From: Pelomyxa schiedti
Taxonomy: Eukaryota > Protista > Evosea
Length of the DNA stretch: 64,000 nt
Direction of reading: 5' to 3'
Assembly (NCBI GenBank): GCA_020536535.1
Contig: JAHLWZ010000193.1
Coordinates: 1-64,000 of the forward strand
Below, piece by piece: positions 38,518 to 49,984 of the stretch. The notes under the pieces are model-generated. The model was not told the DNA's origin and searched no databases. It saw only the letters and a program-made list of their open reading frames with translations. How positions within the stretch are numbered: position 1 is the stretch's first letter; each line of letters opens with the position of its first letter. The translations under genes were made by a program, and so were the position numbers.

Positions 38518-39264
38518 ATGGCCAGTGAAACCTACGAAAGACGACAACTGTACGGAGGAGCAATTGAAGCTGAGGTGCCAGCCCGCTTCGATGACATAAG
38601 GTACTCTTTCCTTGTTGTTGGCTCTTTTTAGCGTTGCTAACGATGTTGCAGCGAGGTCAGGCAGGTGGAGGACAACCAGGAAGTGTTCAGTGACGCGAGG
38701 ACTGACCAGAGCATCATATTTGAGATAGCTGAGTACGAGGACACAGTTGGCGACGGATTTGCCCCTGCACACTATCTGCAAGACATTGCCGAAGCCAACG
38801 ACGCAACTGGAGTGAGTGCCTCTGTGGCAGTACCTTTTGCACGTACTCTAGCACAGTACGGTTTTCCCCCGATACTTATAACAGTGTGCCTTCATAGTAA
38901 AACTAACTTCTTTGTTGCCCCCTTTAGGCCTGAAATCACCTACTGTGGAGTAATTGTTGGACAACAAGATGTAGCCAAGTTCCGAGAGCACGCGAGTATG
39001 TTTATCACTCTTTTTACCGATGGAGCATGCAGTCCAAATTGACTACTAAACCTAGAAAACACTGTGCGGGTGTATTTGTGTGTGATGCGGCTTCCGTCAT
39101 ATAGGACAGACCTGTTGATATCAATGAACGCTCCAATGACACTGAGTGAGCAAAGCAGCAGCTCCGGGCAATGCGGAACATTGAGTCCAATTGGAGATGT
39201 TGAGGCTGTATTCAACCATGTCATTCAGTCCTTCAACATTAAGGACTTTGGGCTCTTTGGCTAA
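38518..39264 (+). CDS. MOG1: MOG1/RANGRF-family Ran guanine-nucleotide release factor (PsbP-like fold), 4 exons.
   Basis: MASETYERRQLYGGAIEAEVPARFDDIR | RQVEDNQEVFSDARTDQSIIFEIAEYEDTVGD…AHYLQDIAEANDA | PEITYCGVIVGQQDVAKFREH… | RLPSYRTDLLISMNAPMTL…. This parallels human RANGRF (…LFGGAFSAILP…[26 protein letters not shown]…RLPQYQTDLLLTFNQP), quoted from memory. Confidence 0.8.
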
Positions 39265-39521
39265 TACTGCAGTACCCCAAGTCTGTGCATACCAAATTTG
39301 GGCTATTTTGTGGTGATGGTCTCTAAAGTAAGACCGCCACTTTGTGAAAGAAAATAGAATAGAAATAATTCAGTACTTTGTTTGGAAAGTGTTGTCTCTC
39401 TTATCAGCATCATCATGTCATTACAATGAGTTCCCGGATTCCCTTTATGTCAAGGTGGAAGATCTTCATATCACAGAAATCACTAAAAATCCAAAAACAA
39501 AAAGCAGGAAAGGACAAAACC

Positions 39522-40667
39522 ATGCACGCGGAGCCACCTTCGGAATACGACCTTCCGCCGTCCGCATCTCCAGCAGCGCCACTCGATTTCCGACAACTAA
39601 CTCCACTCGATAAGTGGTGGGAATATTACTTGCTCGACCCGACCACGAACACGCTGACTCCTAAGAAACGACAGGAGCCAGACTACGTCATGGAGGGTCT
39701 GTATTTGGGAGATCAAGAGAATGCGTACAACCACGAGGTTAGTTCCCGTTCTTTGTAAGTAAGGGGTCAATGGTTAGTGGGAGGTGAAGTTCTGACTCCG
39801 CTCCATGGTGTATTAGATCCTGGAGAAATACCGCATAACTCACGTGTTGTCTTTTACTATGGATGACAAAACACATCACGAGTCCCGCTTCCCGAAATAC
39901 ATCAAATGCGCTACTATAGCGTATGCACTCAATACATTCCAGGAATGTATTCAATTTCGGTAGTGTTGAAGATAAGCGAACAGCAAACATTGCACAATAC
40001 TTCCCAACGGCACTCGCATTTATTGATCAGGGCCGCGCGGCTGGAAGTGTCCTCGTACATTGTGTCTGGGGTATGAGCAGAAGTGCCGCTGTGGTCGTTG
40101 CCTACATTATGTTCAGGTATTCTCCCTTGTGCTGAGTTATAAATGAATGACAAGGTCTTCCACAGGCTTCGTATGAAATTTACTGATGCTTTATCACATG
40201 TTCGGAAAGCTCGCCCTATAGCAGCACCGAACGATGGATTCTTATCGCAGTTGGACGAGTTTGGAAGGCAACTTGCAACAGTGGAAATGAGCGTGCAGTT
40301 CAACACCGTGTGGGGGGAGATATTGCATGTTGTTGGGTCAACAGAAGAGCTGGGGAACTGGAGGCCCACGGAAGCCAACCGAATGACGTGGTTCCCCGGC
40401 AATGTGTGGAAAATTGACCTGCCATTGTATGGGAAGGCCTTTGAGTACAAGTACATTGTGGTGCGTGACGAAGACGGAGAGGATCCAGCAATGAGATGGG
40501 AGGTCTGTGGCAACAGACTCTATGATGGCTCAAGGCGGTTCGTCAGGGACAGGTGGGACTTCAACCCCATCACCCTCGCTGGTATCAGTGGACCCTCCAA
40601 TTTCTTACTTCATCATCCAACTCAGCCGACTACAGGCTCCCCAAGTAATAATGGCTTGAGGACATAA
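39522..40667 (+). CDS. Dual-specificity protein phosphatase (classic HCxxGxxRS DUSP catalytic loop) fused to a C-terminal CBM20 starch/glucan-binding module. A laforin/SEX4-like glucan phosphatase architecture in DSP→CBM order; 5 exons.
   Basis: DUSP motifs EPDYVMEGLYLGDQENAYNHE | ILEKYRITHVLS… | VLVHCVWGMSRSAAVVVAYIMFR. CBM20 exon VQFNTVWGEILHVVGSTEELGNWRPTEANRMTWFPGNVWKIDLPLYGKAFEYKYIVVRDEDGEDPAMRWEVCGNRLY (conserved aromatic and GxW positions of CBM20). Confidence 0.8.
40301..40560 (+). other. CBM20 carbohydrate-binding module within the DSP gene.
   Basis: LGNW…W…FEYKY…W motif pattern typical of starch-binding domain family 20. Confidence 0.7.
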
Positions 40668-41037
40668 CCGCTTGCAGGGTCAGCAGATAACTTATTTCGC
40701 CGGGCGAGCAAAGGCAGTGTGCGCTTTTGCCTTGCACAAACTCCAACGTGTGCCACTAGTTTGTAGTTAAGAAAACAAAAAGAAAAATTATTTTTCTGAA
40801 GAGTGTGTGAACACTTTTGTTCAAAGATGGCCCTTCACTCCTTCCTTTTTTCCGTTGCTTGATGCACCAAAATCAAACATCCAACGGCCCTTCTTTTGTT
40901 GTTTTGCGCTTCTGCTAAGCAAAAACTAGATTTGGAGCAGAAAAAAAAAACCCAAAGAAGGGAACAAAGAAAAAAAAAAACCACGAAATCCAACCAAACA
41001 CACACGCGCAGCCCGCGTCCCGTTCCGCACCGACCAA

Positions 41038-44000
41038 ATGAGAACCAGAACAGGGGGAGGTGTGTTGGTTGTTGTCTTGACAGTAATCGCCTGCGTGGCG
41101 GTAGTTCCCTGCGGGGCCTGGGGACCGTGCGCGCCGTGCATGACCACGCCCGGGATCAACGTGTGGATCACAGCTAGATTTATAACGAATCTGAGCGTCA
41201 CGCGGCAGTGCGTACCGGTGGTGTGCGGTGGCGTGCCGACCACGGGCTTCGCCGACACGTTGACTGGAATGCGTCAGGTTATACTTATGGACCCATATGC
41301 GCCACTCGCTCAGTTTGCTTGGAACTGGGTTCCTCCTGTATCGACATGCAACGATACGTATGTTCCTCTTCCCTTTTTTTTTTTTTTTTTTCTTTTCCTA
41401 CAACAATTTTAAACCGACTTGGTTGTGGAGGAATGTGTTAGTATAATGCACAAATATTGGAAACCATAACCTTCGTTTAAATTATTCTTTAATGCCAGTT
41501 TTTGAGTTCATGTTGCTTGTATCAGTAATATAATAGACGGACAACAATTATCTTCAATGTAGCAAGCCTAACAAAGCTTGTAACACTAAAAAGTATTTGC
41601 GATTCTTGTACATACACAACGGATTACATCCAGCGTCTGGGAGTATCAGGAGCAACTTATACGCCAGCTGCAGCCACTGGTACAACTGTATCAGTGACTG
41701 GATTGTCGTCGTTTGGGTCTCCACCCCCCAGAGGCACTCTCTCTTACTTCAACGCCACTGTGGGCTGCGCAGCGGCATCTGTTATTACACTATCATTTAC
41801 GCTGGACGTGTGGTGTAAGAACGTCGGAAATGCTGTGAGTGTGTTAGATTCCACTTCTTTTTCACTTTCCTGGGCATGTGCAAAGCCTGGCTGCCCTGCC
41901 TACTGCCACCCAGATCACGGTTACTGTGACCCTTACCATGGTGTCTGTATTTGCACACCACCCTGGACAGGCGCAACTTGTGAGTTTATGTTTTCTTACA
42001 CTCCCACAGTGTGTCCAGGCCAGTATATAACCATGTCTTATTACGTCCCGTATGTAATGTAATATCGTCTCCCCGTAATTGAACTCTTCTACTCCCTCCT
42101 GCAATACACAATAGTGCTTCGATGTATGGGTTGCCACAAGCTCTCACCGTCATGGCTGCTCGCCTCTTTCACAGTATTATGATGGTTGAAACTCGTTATT
42201 TTCTACATTGGAAGGACACTGTCAATGCCAGTGACCCTGATCTTGCATATCCCGTGAACGGAACTGGTTATTTTCCCGGCTTTTATACACCAGGAGCCTA
42301 TCCAATTATGGTGTATGCTGCGTTAGCCTCACCAATCACGTACCTCACGGCAGTGGTAAGACTCTTTTTGCTCTGTTGTTTCTAACATAACCAACCAGGT
42401 TATTGTCAAAGATTGGAGTTTATGTGGTGTAAATGCCACCTGTGGGGATGGTACCTCTAACGATTGTGGTGCTACCAACCAGTGGGGCCAGTGCTACAGT
42501 GGGAAGTGTGTGTGCAACGAAGCCCGTTTCTGGTCTGACTGCTCCCGAGGCTGCTCTGGCTACACAGTTGTAGAAGATGGGAGTGGTGTTGTGAAAAGTG
42601 ATTACCCTCCTGATGGCAGTGTAGCTTCCATGTGCTATCTGAGGAAGAATATTTGCAGATGGCTTATAAGTCCAACTGGGAAATATGATATTATAAAGAT
42701 GAACTTCACCTCATTTGGTATCATGGATCCTGATAAGTTGCTGGTGTTCAGTAGTGACGAGAATGGAGAAACAGACGAGCTCCTGGCTACTTATGGATCC
42801 ACATTTACAGAAGACTACCTTGAAGTAGAGGCCCACCATGTCTTTTTGGAGTGGTCCTCCGGTCCCTACAATACCTACCAAGGCTTTGTACTCGAATACA
42901 GTACCAAGAATAAACCAATTCCCGATGCTGGACTTGCTCTGATATTCTTTGCTGCTGCTGTTGTAGGTTTGGGTGTGGCGATTTGCCTAGCTGTCGGTGC
43001 TAGAATAATCGTAGTGAAACGCAGGAAGAGACTTCAGGCAGCCAGAAACATGCCTGCTCTCAATCTGAAAGATATGATGACTGAAGAAGAGATGGCTTCC
43101 CTTTGTGGGGTAGAGAAAAATCAAGAAATACTGGAGGAAGTTCGGGTTCAGCTGGATAAATATGAACTAACATTTGGCGTCACCGGGTTGTGCCCTGTGC
43201 AGAAGCCAATGTTTGACAAGATTACAATTTTCAACAAGAATGGCTCAACACTGCATTACCAGTTTTCAGTTTTGAACTTGTCTTATCTTGTCGCAACCAG
43301 TATCAGACCTGGGGTGGGCAAAATTCCCCCGCACAAGCGCATGGAAGTTGACGTGGAATGCTCTCTTCTGATGACAACTCGTTTCCAACATCCTATACGA
43401 CTGGATATTGTTAAACCTACTGGTGAGCTTGACAATGAGGGAAAGGAGATTGTGGAAATTCTCGCCACAGCGTACATCTCTGTCACTTTAGAAGGGGAAT
43501 TGTCAAGGTGGATTGACCCTGCCGATTTCACAGATATTTCTGCCCCTATCGCCAGGGGTGGTTTTGGGTAAGATTTACCGATTTCCAGTATCCGTTTAAC
43601 CCCCTTAACAAGGTGTGTATACCGAGGGAAGTATAGAGGTGTCGATGCCGCCCTCAAAATGCTCTTGCACCAGGAAACTTTCAATAAAACCGAAAATGAG
43701 GGGTTTGAAAAGGAATGCAGCTTAATGAATAAACTGAACCATCCTTGTGTTGTCACTTTCATTGGAGCATCCCATGTCCCTGGTTCCTCTCCCTCATTCC
43801 CCTCCTCTCATCTCATTACTGCATCTAGGAAGATTTTGCATCTGCTGTGAGTGGATTCCATTTGGTAGTTTGAGCTCTCTACTCAAAGCTGAGGGAGTTT
43901 TTGACATTCCTATTCACCGCGAGTATTTCTTGATCAAGTGTGCTCTAAATACGGCTGAAGCTTTGGCATATTTACACACAATGAATATTCTGTATCGTAA

Positions 44001-45025
44001 GTATTCATCTGTATTCAACAACCCTTACACTCGCAGGTGATCTGAAATGTTCAAATGTTCTAGTCTGCTCGCTGTCACTTGACGCGGACGTTAATTGCAA
44101 ACTCACCGGTATGGTTGCGGTTGGAAAGTATACTACAACATTCACGTAAACTTCAGATTTTGACACTGCCCGCAATGTGGACAATCCAAGTTAGAATCTT
44201 GTCAAACACCTGTGTTCCTAACTTCTTTGCAGATCTTGTTATGATGTACACAACCAAGCTGGGCACCGGTATCTTTATGGTAAGCATGACCAACTACACA
44301 GAAGTTTAACCTTCTCCAAGGCCCCTGAGCTGCTAGCGCCATGTACTGGCTACAACAACAAAGTAGACACATACAGTTACTCCCTTTGCTTGTGGGAAAT
44401 GTGGACGCGCCAAGAGCCATGGGCAGATGTTACACCCGAATGGGCTGTTCGCAAAATGGTCAAATCAGGGCAGAGGCCTCCACTGGACAAAATGGACCCC
44501 CCAGCCCCCCCCTCGATCCTCGATCTTATACAGAAGTGCTGGCACCAAGACCTCCACGCAAGGCCAGCGTTCCCCGATATAGTAGAGATTCTAGAAGACA
44601 TCAAGGCCACTTACAAGGACCGCCTTAACGTAGAAGAAAGCGATTCAAAGAGCGAGGGCCATCACAAGAAGCATCACAGGCATCACCACCACAAGGGTAA
44701 GAAAGGGAAGAAAAGCCAAAGCAGAAGTCGCAGCCGCAGCAGGAGCGCAAGCGCCTCGCCAGCCAGTGCCAGTGCCAGTGCCAGTGAAAGTGAGAGCAAG
44801 AGCAAGAGCAAGAGCGGCACCGGAGCCCACAAAAAGCACTCCAGCAAGAAGCACAAGAAGCACGAGAAGAAGAGCGCCAAGTCCAAGTCCAGCCACAGTG
44901 ATAGCCACAAGAAAGCCAAAGGCAAGAAGCACAACAAAGGGCACAGCTCCAAATCCCACAAGCACGGTTCCTCCTCCCCCTCGCCCTCCCATTCAAGCCA
45001 CAGCAGAGGATCCTCATCCTCTTGA
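41038..45025 (+). CDS. Receptor-like TKL Ser/Thr kinase, paralog B. Domain order: signal peptide; Cys-rich EGF-like segment (…CDPYHGVCICTPPWTGATCEF); CUB-like module; TM helix (LALIFFAAAVVGLGVAICLAVGARIIVV, ~42920-43010); MSP/PapD-like module; kinase; His/Ser/Lys-rich tail.
   Basis: ATG at 41038; signal peptide MRTRTGGGVLVVVLTVIACVAVVPCGAWG; intron 1 has a gtatgt donor and a poly-T tract at 41375-41392. The 353-aa exon 42510..43571 holds the CUB-like stretch (CYLRKNICRWLISPTGKYDIIKMNFTSFG…), the TM helix and the MSP-like stretch (…SIRPGVGKIPPHKRMEVDVECSLL…). Kinase motifs: GGFG|KVYRGKYRG…AALKML | DLKCSNVLV | DFDTARN | CLWEMWTRQEPWADV…CWHQDLHARPAF. Stop TGA at 45023-45025. Confidence 0.8.
44700..44990 (+). 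repeat. Coding low-complexity tail of kinase B ([44 protein letters not shown]…) including a hexanucleotide microsatellite (gccagt)n at 44764-44790.
   Basis: Direct reading of the sequence: (gccagt)4-5, then (gagagcaag)n. The antisense ORFs 44645..45324 are artefacts of this repeat. Confidence 0.7.
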
Positions 45026-45268
45026 CTGTAAATAACACAAAAACTTTCCTGTTGAAATCCCTTGATTCTTTTCCTTCCCCGAATACCCATGTATGGTACC
45101 AAAAACTCAAAAATCTGGAAATCAACCAAATCGAACTGCACTAACACAGCCCGTTTACAAGCATCAAACGTGTGGAAAAGGAATACCGTCCGACGCTTTT
45201 TACCAAAAAAGAACAGAGAAAAATAGACAAAGGAAAAAAAAAAAAAAACAAAACAAGAAGGAGCAACC

Positions 45269-48200
45269 ATGCCCCGGAGCGCCTCGTATGTCGTTGGCGT
45301 GTCAACTTTTGTCGCTGCGGCCACCGTCCTCCTCCTCGTACAATTAATCTCGGGCGCCGTGGGTACGACGCCTTACTGCATCAACGTCGTCGGCTACTTC
45401 CCGTACAACTTCTCGTACCCCGACTGGTACCACGTCATCCCGGTTCCGATCGTGTCGTGCGACGTCGTCAGCACCGCGTTCATCGACGAAGGATACCTGT
45501 CGCCGGCGTACACGCCGCAGATCGACGGCGTGTACCGTACGCTGAAGCTCGCGTGGTGGGTGTCGCTAAAGACCACGCCCTCGCCCTCTTTGCCGAGGGA
45601 CGACAGAGGAGTGTTCTACTACGACGGCTACGAGACTGGCGTGCACAACGGCGTGCGGGTTCGGTTACCCGCGGAGCAGGATGACTTTGCTAATCTGGGT
45701 GGGGGTGCTGATGTGGATTATGGGACTGCGGGTGACTCCTATGGTGCTTCTGTGAACGAGCCGAGGTACTACCCTTACTCGATGGAGTATGGCGCTGGAC
45801 GGCCCAGCGTGTTCACGACCGTGGACAATGGCGAGGATGGGGATGGATATGAGCATGTGGAGGTGCGGGATATTACTACTCGCGCTGGATCCTCTGATTC
45901 AGAGTCGTCGTCGTTGTCGTCTTCCGACTCCGACTCCGACTCTGACTCTAGCTCCGAATCTGATTCCGAGTCGGAGTCTAGCTCGTCATCTTCGGAAGAA
46001 GTATTTCCCTGTTTCTTCCCGCCATAAGCACTAATCGTAGTAAAGGTAGTGCAAATTCCATTATACAAGAGGGCTAACGGCGTGCACTTTGCTGCTGTTT
46101 GGACTGCTTTTTCAGTTGCAAAACCTATTTAGTATGCCATTTCCCACTAAAAGAAAATTCTCCCTTAAGTGAGCCCCTAGCATGTTCTGCACACAACAAA
46201 AGTCCGTTTCAAGTAACAGTATTCTAACCTGTGTTCAGCACCTCAATGACGGTCACTGGACTAAGCGCATCGGGCCAGGCTCCTACTTCAGCTAGCTTCT
46301 TCAATATCACTATTTCGTGCCAGGAACCAGCTGTTGTAGCAGCATCTATGTCTCTTATGCTCAGTGACTCTTCATCTATAGTCACCTTTGCCCCTCGATG
46401 GATGTGCTACACACCTGGTTGTCCTTCTTGGTGTTCATTACATGGGGTCTGTGACACCCTACGCGGAACTTGTGTATGCAACGAAGGATGGGAGGGCACT
46501 GATTGTGCGATAAAAGTTGTGACAAACTGGGTCTTTTGCCCCCAAGACCCGATCATCGTCTCTTATGAAATACCGTGAGTTCTTGCACCCTTCCAAAGTG
46601 ACTTGAATAACTCAACTCCATCAGGTACACCACAAGTGGAGTGACTGGGACAGGCAACTCAATGTTTATGACAATCGTCACGCCTTTAACCCCTATAGCA
46701 TATGATTATCGCTATTTCATGACCTGGGCTACTGTTGTTCCGTACCTTGCAACGGAGGGATATAACAAAGATTACTCCGGCACTCATCTGACACCAACGT
46801 ACTTGGCTCCAGGGTCGTATTATATGAGGGTTTCAAATGACCTGACTGATACTGTTGTACTACTGAAGCAGATGACAGTTAAAAGTTGGGCAGCCTGCAA
46901 TATTTCTGCAACTTGCGGCAACGGCACCAACAACACTTGCAACAGCGAAACCGGTAAAGGCACCTGTGTAAGTGGTTCCTGTCAATGTGCTTCTGGGCGG
47001 TTTTGGTATGACTGTTCCAGGGGCTGCTCTGGCCTTGCTTTATCGTCCTCAAAATCCGGAGAAGTGAGGTCCGACTACCCAACAAGCGGTAACATTGATG
47101 ATATGCGTGATTCTAGTGTTATGTCAACCTGCTATTGGCTTATATCCCCACCCGATAGCTATGACGAAATTGTACTCAATTTCACATTTGTGGGACTGGA
47201 CTACATTGGGGTACTTTACGTATACAAATCTGATGAAAATGCTTCTGTTGGTGAACTTGTTATGACTATTAACAGACTGGCTCCAGCGCCTAAGGGTATC
47301 AAAACTCGGCACGTCCTCGTTGTATACGAAAAACTTGCCACTATGAGTACACATGGATTTGCTCTTTCTTACTATACACATAACATACCCCTTTCTGGAA
47401 TCGCAATCGGTTTCACGGTATTCTGCAGTATCCTTGGGGGGTTGATACTGGCAACGGCAGCTGGAATTGCCATTTACTTCCTTGTAAAACGACAAAAACG
47501 GTTGAAATTGCAAGCTATGAACGAGCCAGCTGTTGAAGAAGATATGATGACACCCGAAGATCTTGCTCATGATAGAGAGAAATTTGAAGGGCAGAAGGAA
47601 GAATTCGTGGCTGCTGGCTTCCAAGTGGACAAGACACGATTAATGTTCTCTTTGAAGCAAACCGATCCCTTCCCAATAAGAGAACAGCGGGAGGATCTTC
47701 TGAGTATATCTAATAACACGGGAAGAGATGTACAATACTGTATTTTCGTTCCAAAACAAGAATTGCTGATGAAGTTTGCCGTGAAACCGGGCAAAGGAAA
47801 AATTCCAGCTGGCGCAACCATGGTGGTTGAGATTAAATTGGAACTATTCTACACAACCCATTTTGACTACCCCATCCGAATTGAAATTACTTCCTCCAAC
47901 GGCACAGTACAATGCATGCACATAGACGTCAAATTTGAAGGCGCACACTCTGTGTGGATTGATCCAGAAGATATTCGCTTAGACCAAGAAATAATTGCAT
48001 CTGGAAGCTTTGGGTATTTAGCCATGCTCCCATGTTTTAAATACTGGGTAGCTCACCTGAATTAGGAGTGTTCACCGGGGAGCCTACAAAGCGCAGATGT
48101 TAGCTATTAAAGTACTAAAAGATCAAGAAGGGTTAAGTGATAAAGATATCGAAGAGTTTGAATCTGAATGCAAGCTCTTGAATCAAATTCACCATCCAAA

Positions 48201-49837
48201 GATTGCCCAGTTTATTGGAGCTTCCCACATTCCAGGTGAGGCACTCCCATGACATACACATGGGTGTTTAATCTTAAAAAGGTAAACTATGCATATGCAC
48301 TGAACTTGTGCCAAGTGGCAATTTGGCAGCTTTTCTAAGATCTCCAGCGGAGATACCCTTTATTCTAGTGCTTAAATGGGTTCAGAACGCTGCTGAGGCG
48401 TTGAAATTCTTACACCAAAACAAAATTCTTTATGGTTCGTCCTGCAACTTTTGTTGACTGAAGTTTTAAGTATCACAAGGTGACCTGAAATGCGCAAATT
48501 TGCTTCTTGTCTCCACAGCAATAGATGCTTCAGTGAACTGTAAACTAACTGGTTGAACTCCTCCTTCCTGGAAAAAAACTAATCTTTTCTAAAGATTTTG
48601 GCACTGCTCGCACTGTTGAGGATATTGGTGCGTAACTGCCACTTCTCCCTCTGCCCCCTTAACGTTGTCCAGATCAACCCAAACAGTACATCAGTCCACA
48701 AGGAACACAGGCTTACTTGGTTATCTACTTTTTCGCAGCAAGTTCTTCTGTTTAACTATAATCTTTGTAGGCTCCCGAAATTCATAGAAATTCCAAAGAA
48801 GCAGAAAAAACTCAGTTGAACTATGCCGTAATCTTTTCTTTCCTTTTTCTTTCCTCTCAAAGCCCCCTTCACTCCAAAAGATCGATGTTTACAGCTTTGG
48901 CATTTGCATGTGGGAGATGTGGGCTCGCCAAGAACCTTGGAACACGTTGCTTTTATGGGACATCGGACCCGCAGTTGTTGCCGGGCAGAGGCCGCACATA
49001 TCGTCGCGGTGCCCCGAGATGTACGCGGAACTAATGAAGCGATGCTGGGCTGATACTCCCAACGATCGCCCACACTTCGACACGATAAACAAGGAGTTGG
49101 AGTTCTGGATCAAGCCCGCGATAGAGTACGTGAGGATGAACGTGCAGAAGCACAAGAAGGGCGTCCTGACGGTCAACACGTTTGCTCCCACGAAAACCAG
49201 CGGCGCCAAGACCAAGACCAGCGACGCGTTCTCAATCAACAGCAGCGGCTCTGGGTTCGCCAGCAGCATATACAACTTTGCCAACAGCCCCACTCCCACT
49301 GGGACCCCCAGCTCCAACTCGGCGGCCGACGCCAAGGCCGGCGGCGCCAAGACCAGCGGCAGCAACGCCATGACGAACTCCCCGGCGTCGAGCAGGACGT
49401 CCAGGGACAAGACAGGCCGGGCAAAGACATCGAGGACGAACAGGGGCAAGACAGGCGGGGGAAGGGACGATGACGGAATTGAGATGGAGCCGCTGGGCAG
49501 CAAGAAGACAGCGTCGGCTGCGGACGAGGCCACGTACGAGTCGCTGTCTGAGGAGCAGAAGGAGGAGGTACGGAAGCTGGCCGCGATCGTGTCTACCAGC
49601 AAGAAGCACGGGACCCAGGCACTGTCGAACACGTCTGGGGGCTCTGGGGTCAGCAACGCCACCACAACGTCTGGCGACACAAACAAGTTCAAGCAGCTCG
49701 ACGCCACGCTCAACATCCGCGGCCGCACGGTGATCAGCGGCACCACCGCAACATCGACAACAACGACACCCACACCACCAGTGTCAAGTCTGGCCACAGC
49801 CAAAGTAGTCCCCACTGGCAAGAAGGACAACGTGTAG
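45269..49837 (+). CDS. Receptor-like TKL Ser/Thr kinase, paralog C, immediately downstream of B. Same ectodomain–TM–MSP-like–kinase layout; exon 1 carries an acidic (SD/SE)n stretch; C-terminal Ser/Thr/Gly-rich tail.
   Basis: ATG at 45269; signal peptide MPRSASYVVGVSTFVAAATVLLLVQLISG. Exon 2 (46231..46578) aligns with the paralog B EGF-like exon (CSLHGVCDTLRGTCVCNEGWEGTDC). The 474-aa exon 46641..48065 carries the CUB-like stretch, TM helix (IAIGFTVFCSILGGLILATAAGIAIYFLV) and MSP-like stretch (KFAVKPGKGKIPAGATMVVEIKL). Kinase exons: SGSFG|…YKAQMLAIKVLK… | DLKCANLLL | DFGTARTVEDI | APEIH | ICMWEMWARQEPW…CWADTPNDRPHF. Confidence 0.8.
45895..45996 (+). repeat. Acidic (Ser-Asp / Ser-Glu)n coding repeat ([37 protein letters not shown]) at the end of kinase C exon 1.
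   Basis: tccgactccgactccgactctgactct… periodicity. A gtattt donor directly follows at ~45996. Confidence 0.6.
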
Positions 49838-49984
49838 AAAACATGACACACCACGCTGCACTCGTACGTTACTTAACTGTAACACCAACAATGTACACAC
49901 CTCTTAAAACAGCTCCTTATCTTTTCTCGGTAGCAGCTCCATCAAAAAAAAAAAAGAAGGAAAAAATAGGCGACCGAAGTTTGG

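Noticed and set aside
39929-40513. 194-aa ORF on the minus strand
   Set aside because: It lies antisense to the clearly homologous DSP and CBM20 exons on the plus strand and has no recognisable motifs. It is a typical antisense open frame in GC-rich coding DNA.
44645-45324. Minus-strand ORFs (115 and 213 aa) rich in Leu/Ala/Gly/Phe
   Set aside because: Antisense to the His/Ser/Lys repeat tail of kinase B and to the spacer between B and C. They are produced by the simple-sequence repeat, not by a gene.
48889-49854. 321-aa minus-strand ORF, plus several smaller overlapping ORFs (49232..49609, 49236..49430)
   Set aside because: Antisense to the kinase C catalytic exons and to its Ser/Thr/Gly-rich tail; low-complexity Ala/Leu/Val/Pro composition. 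The plus strand carries conserved kinase motifs.
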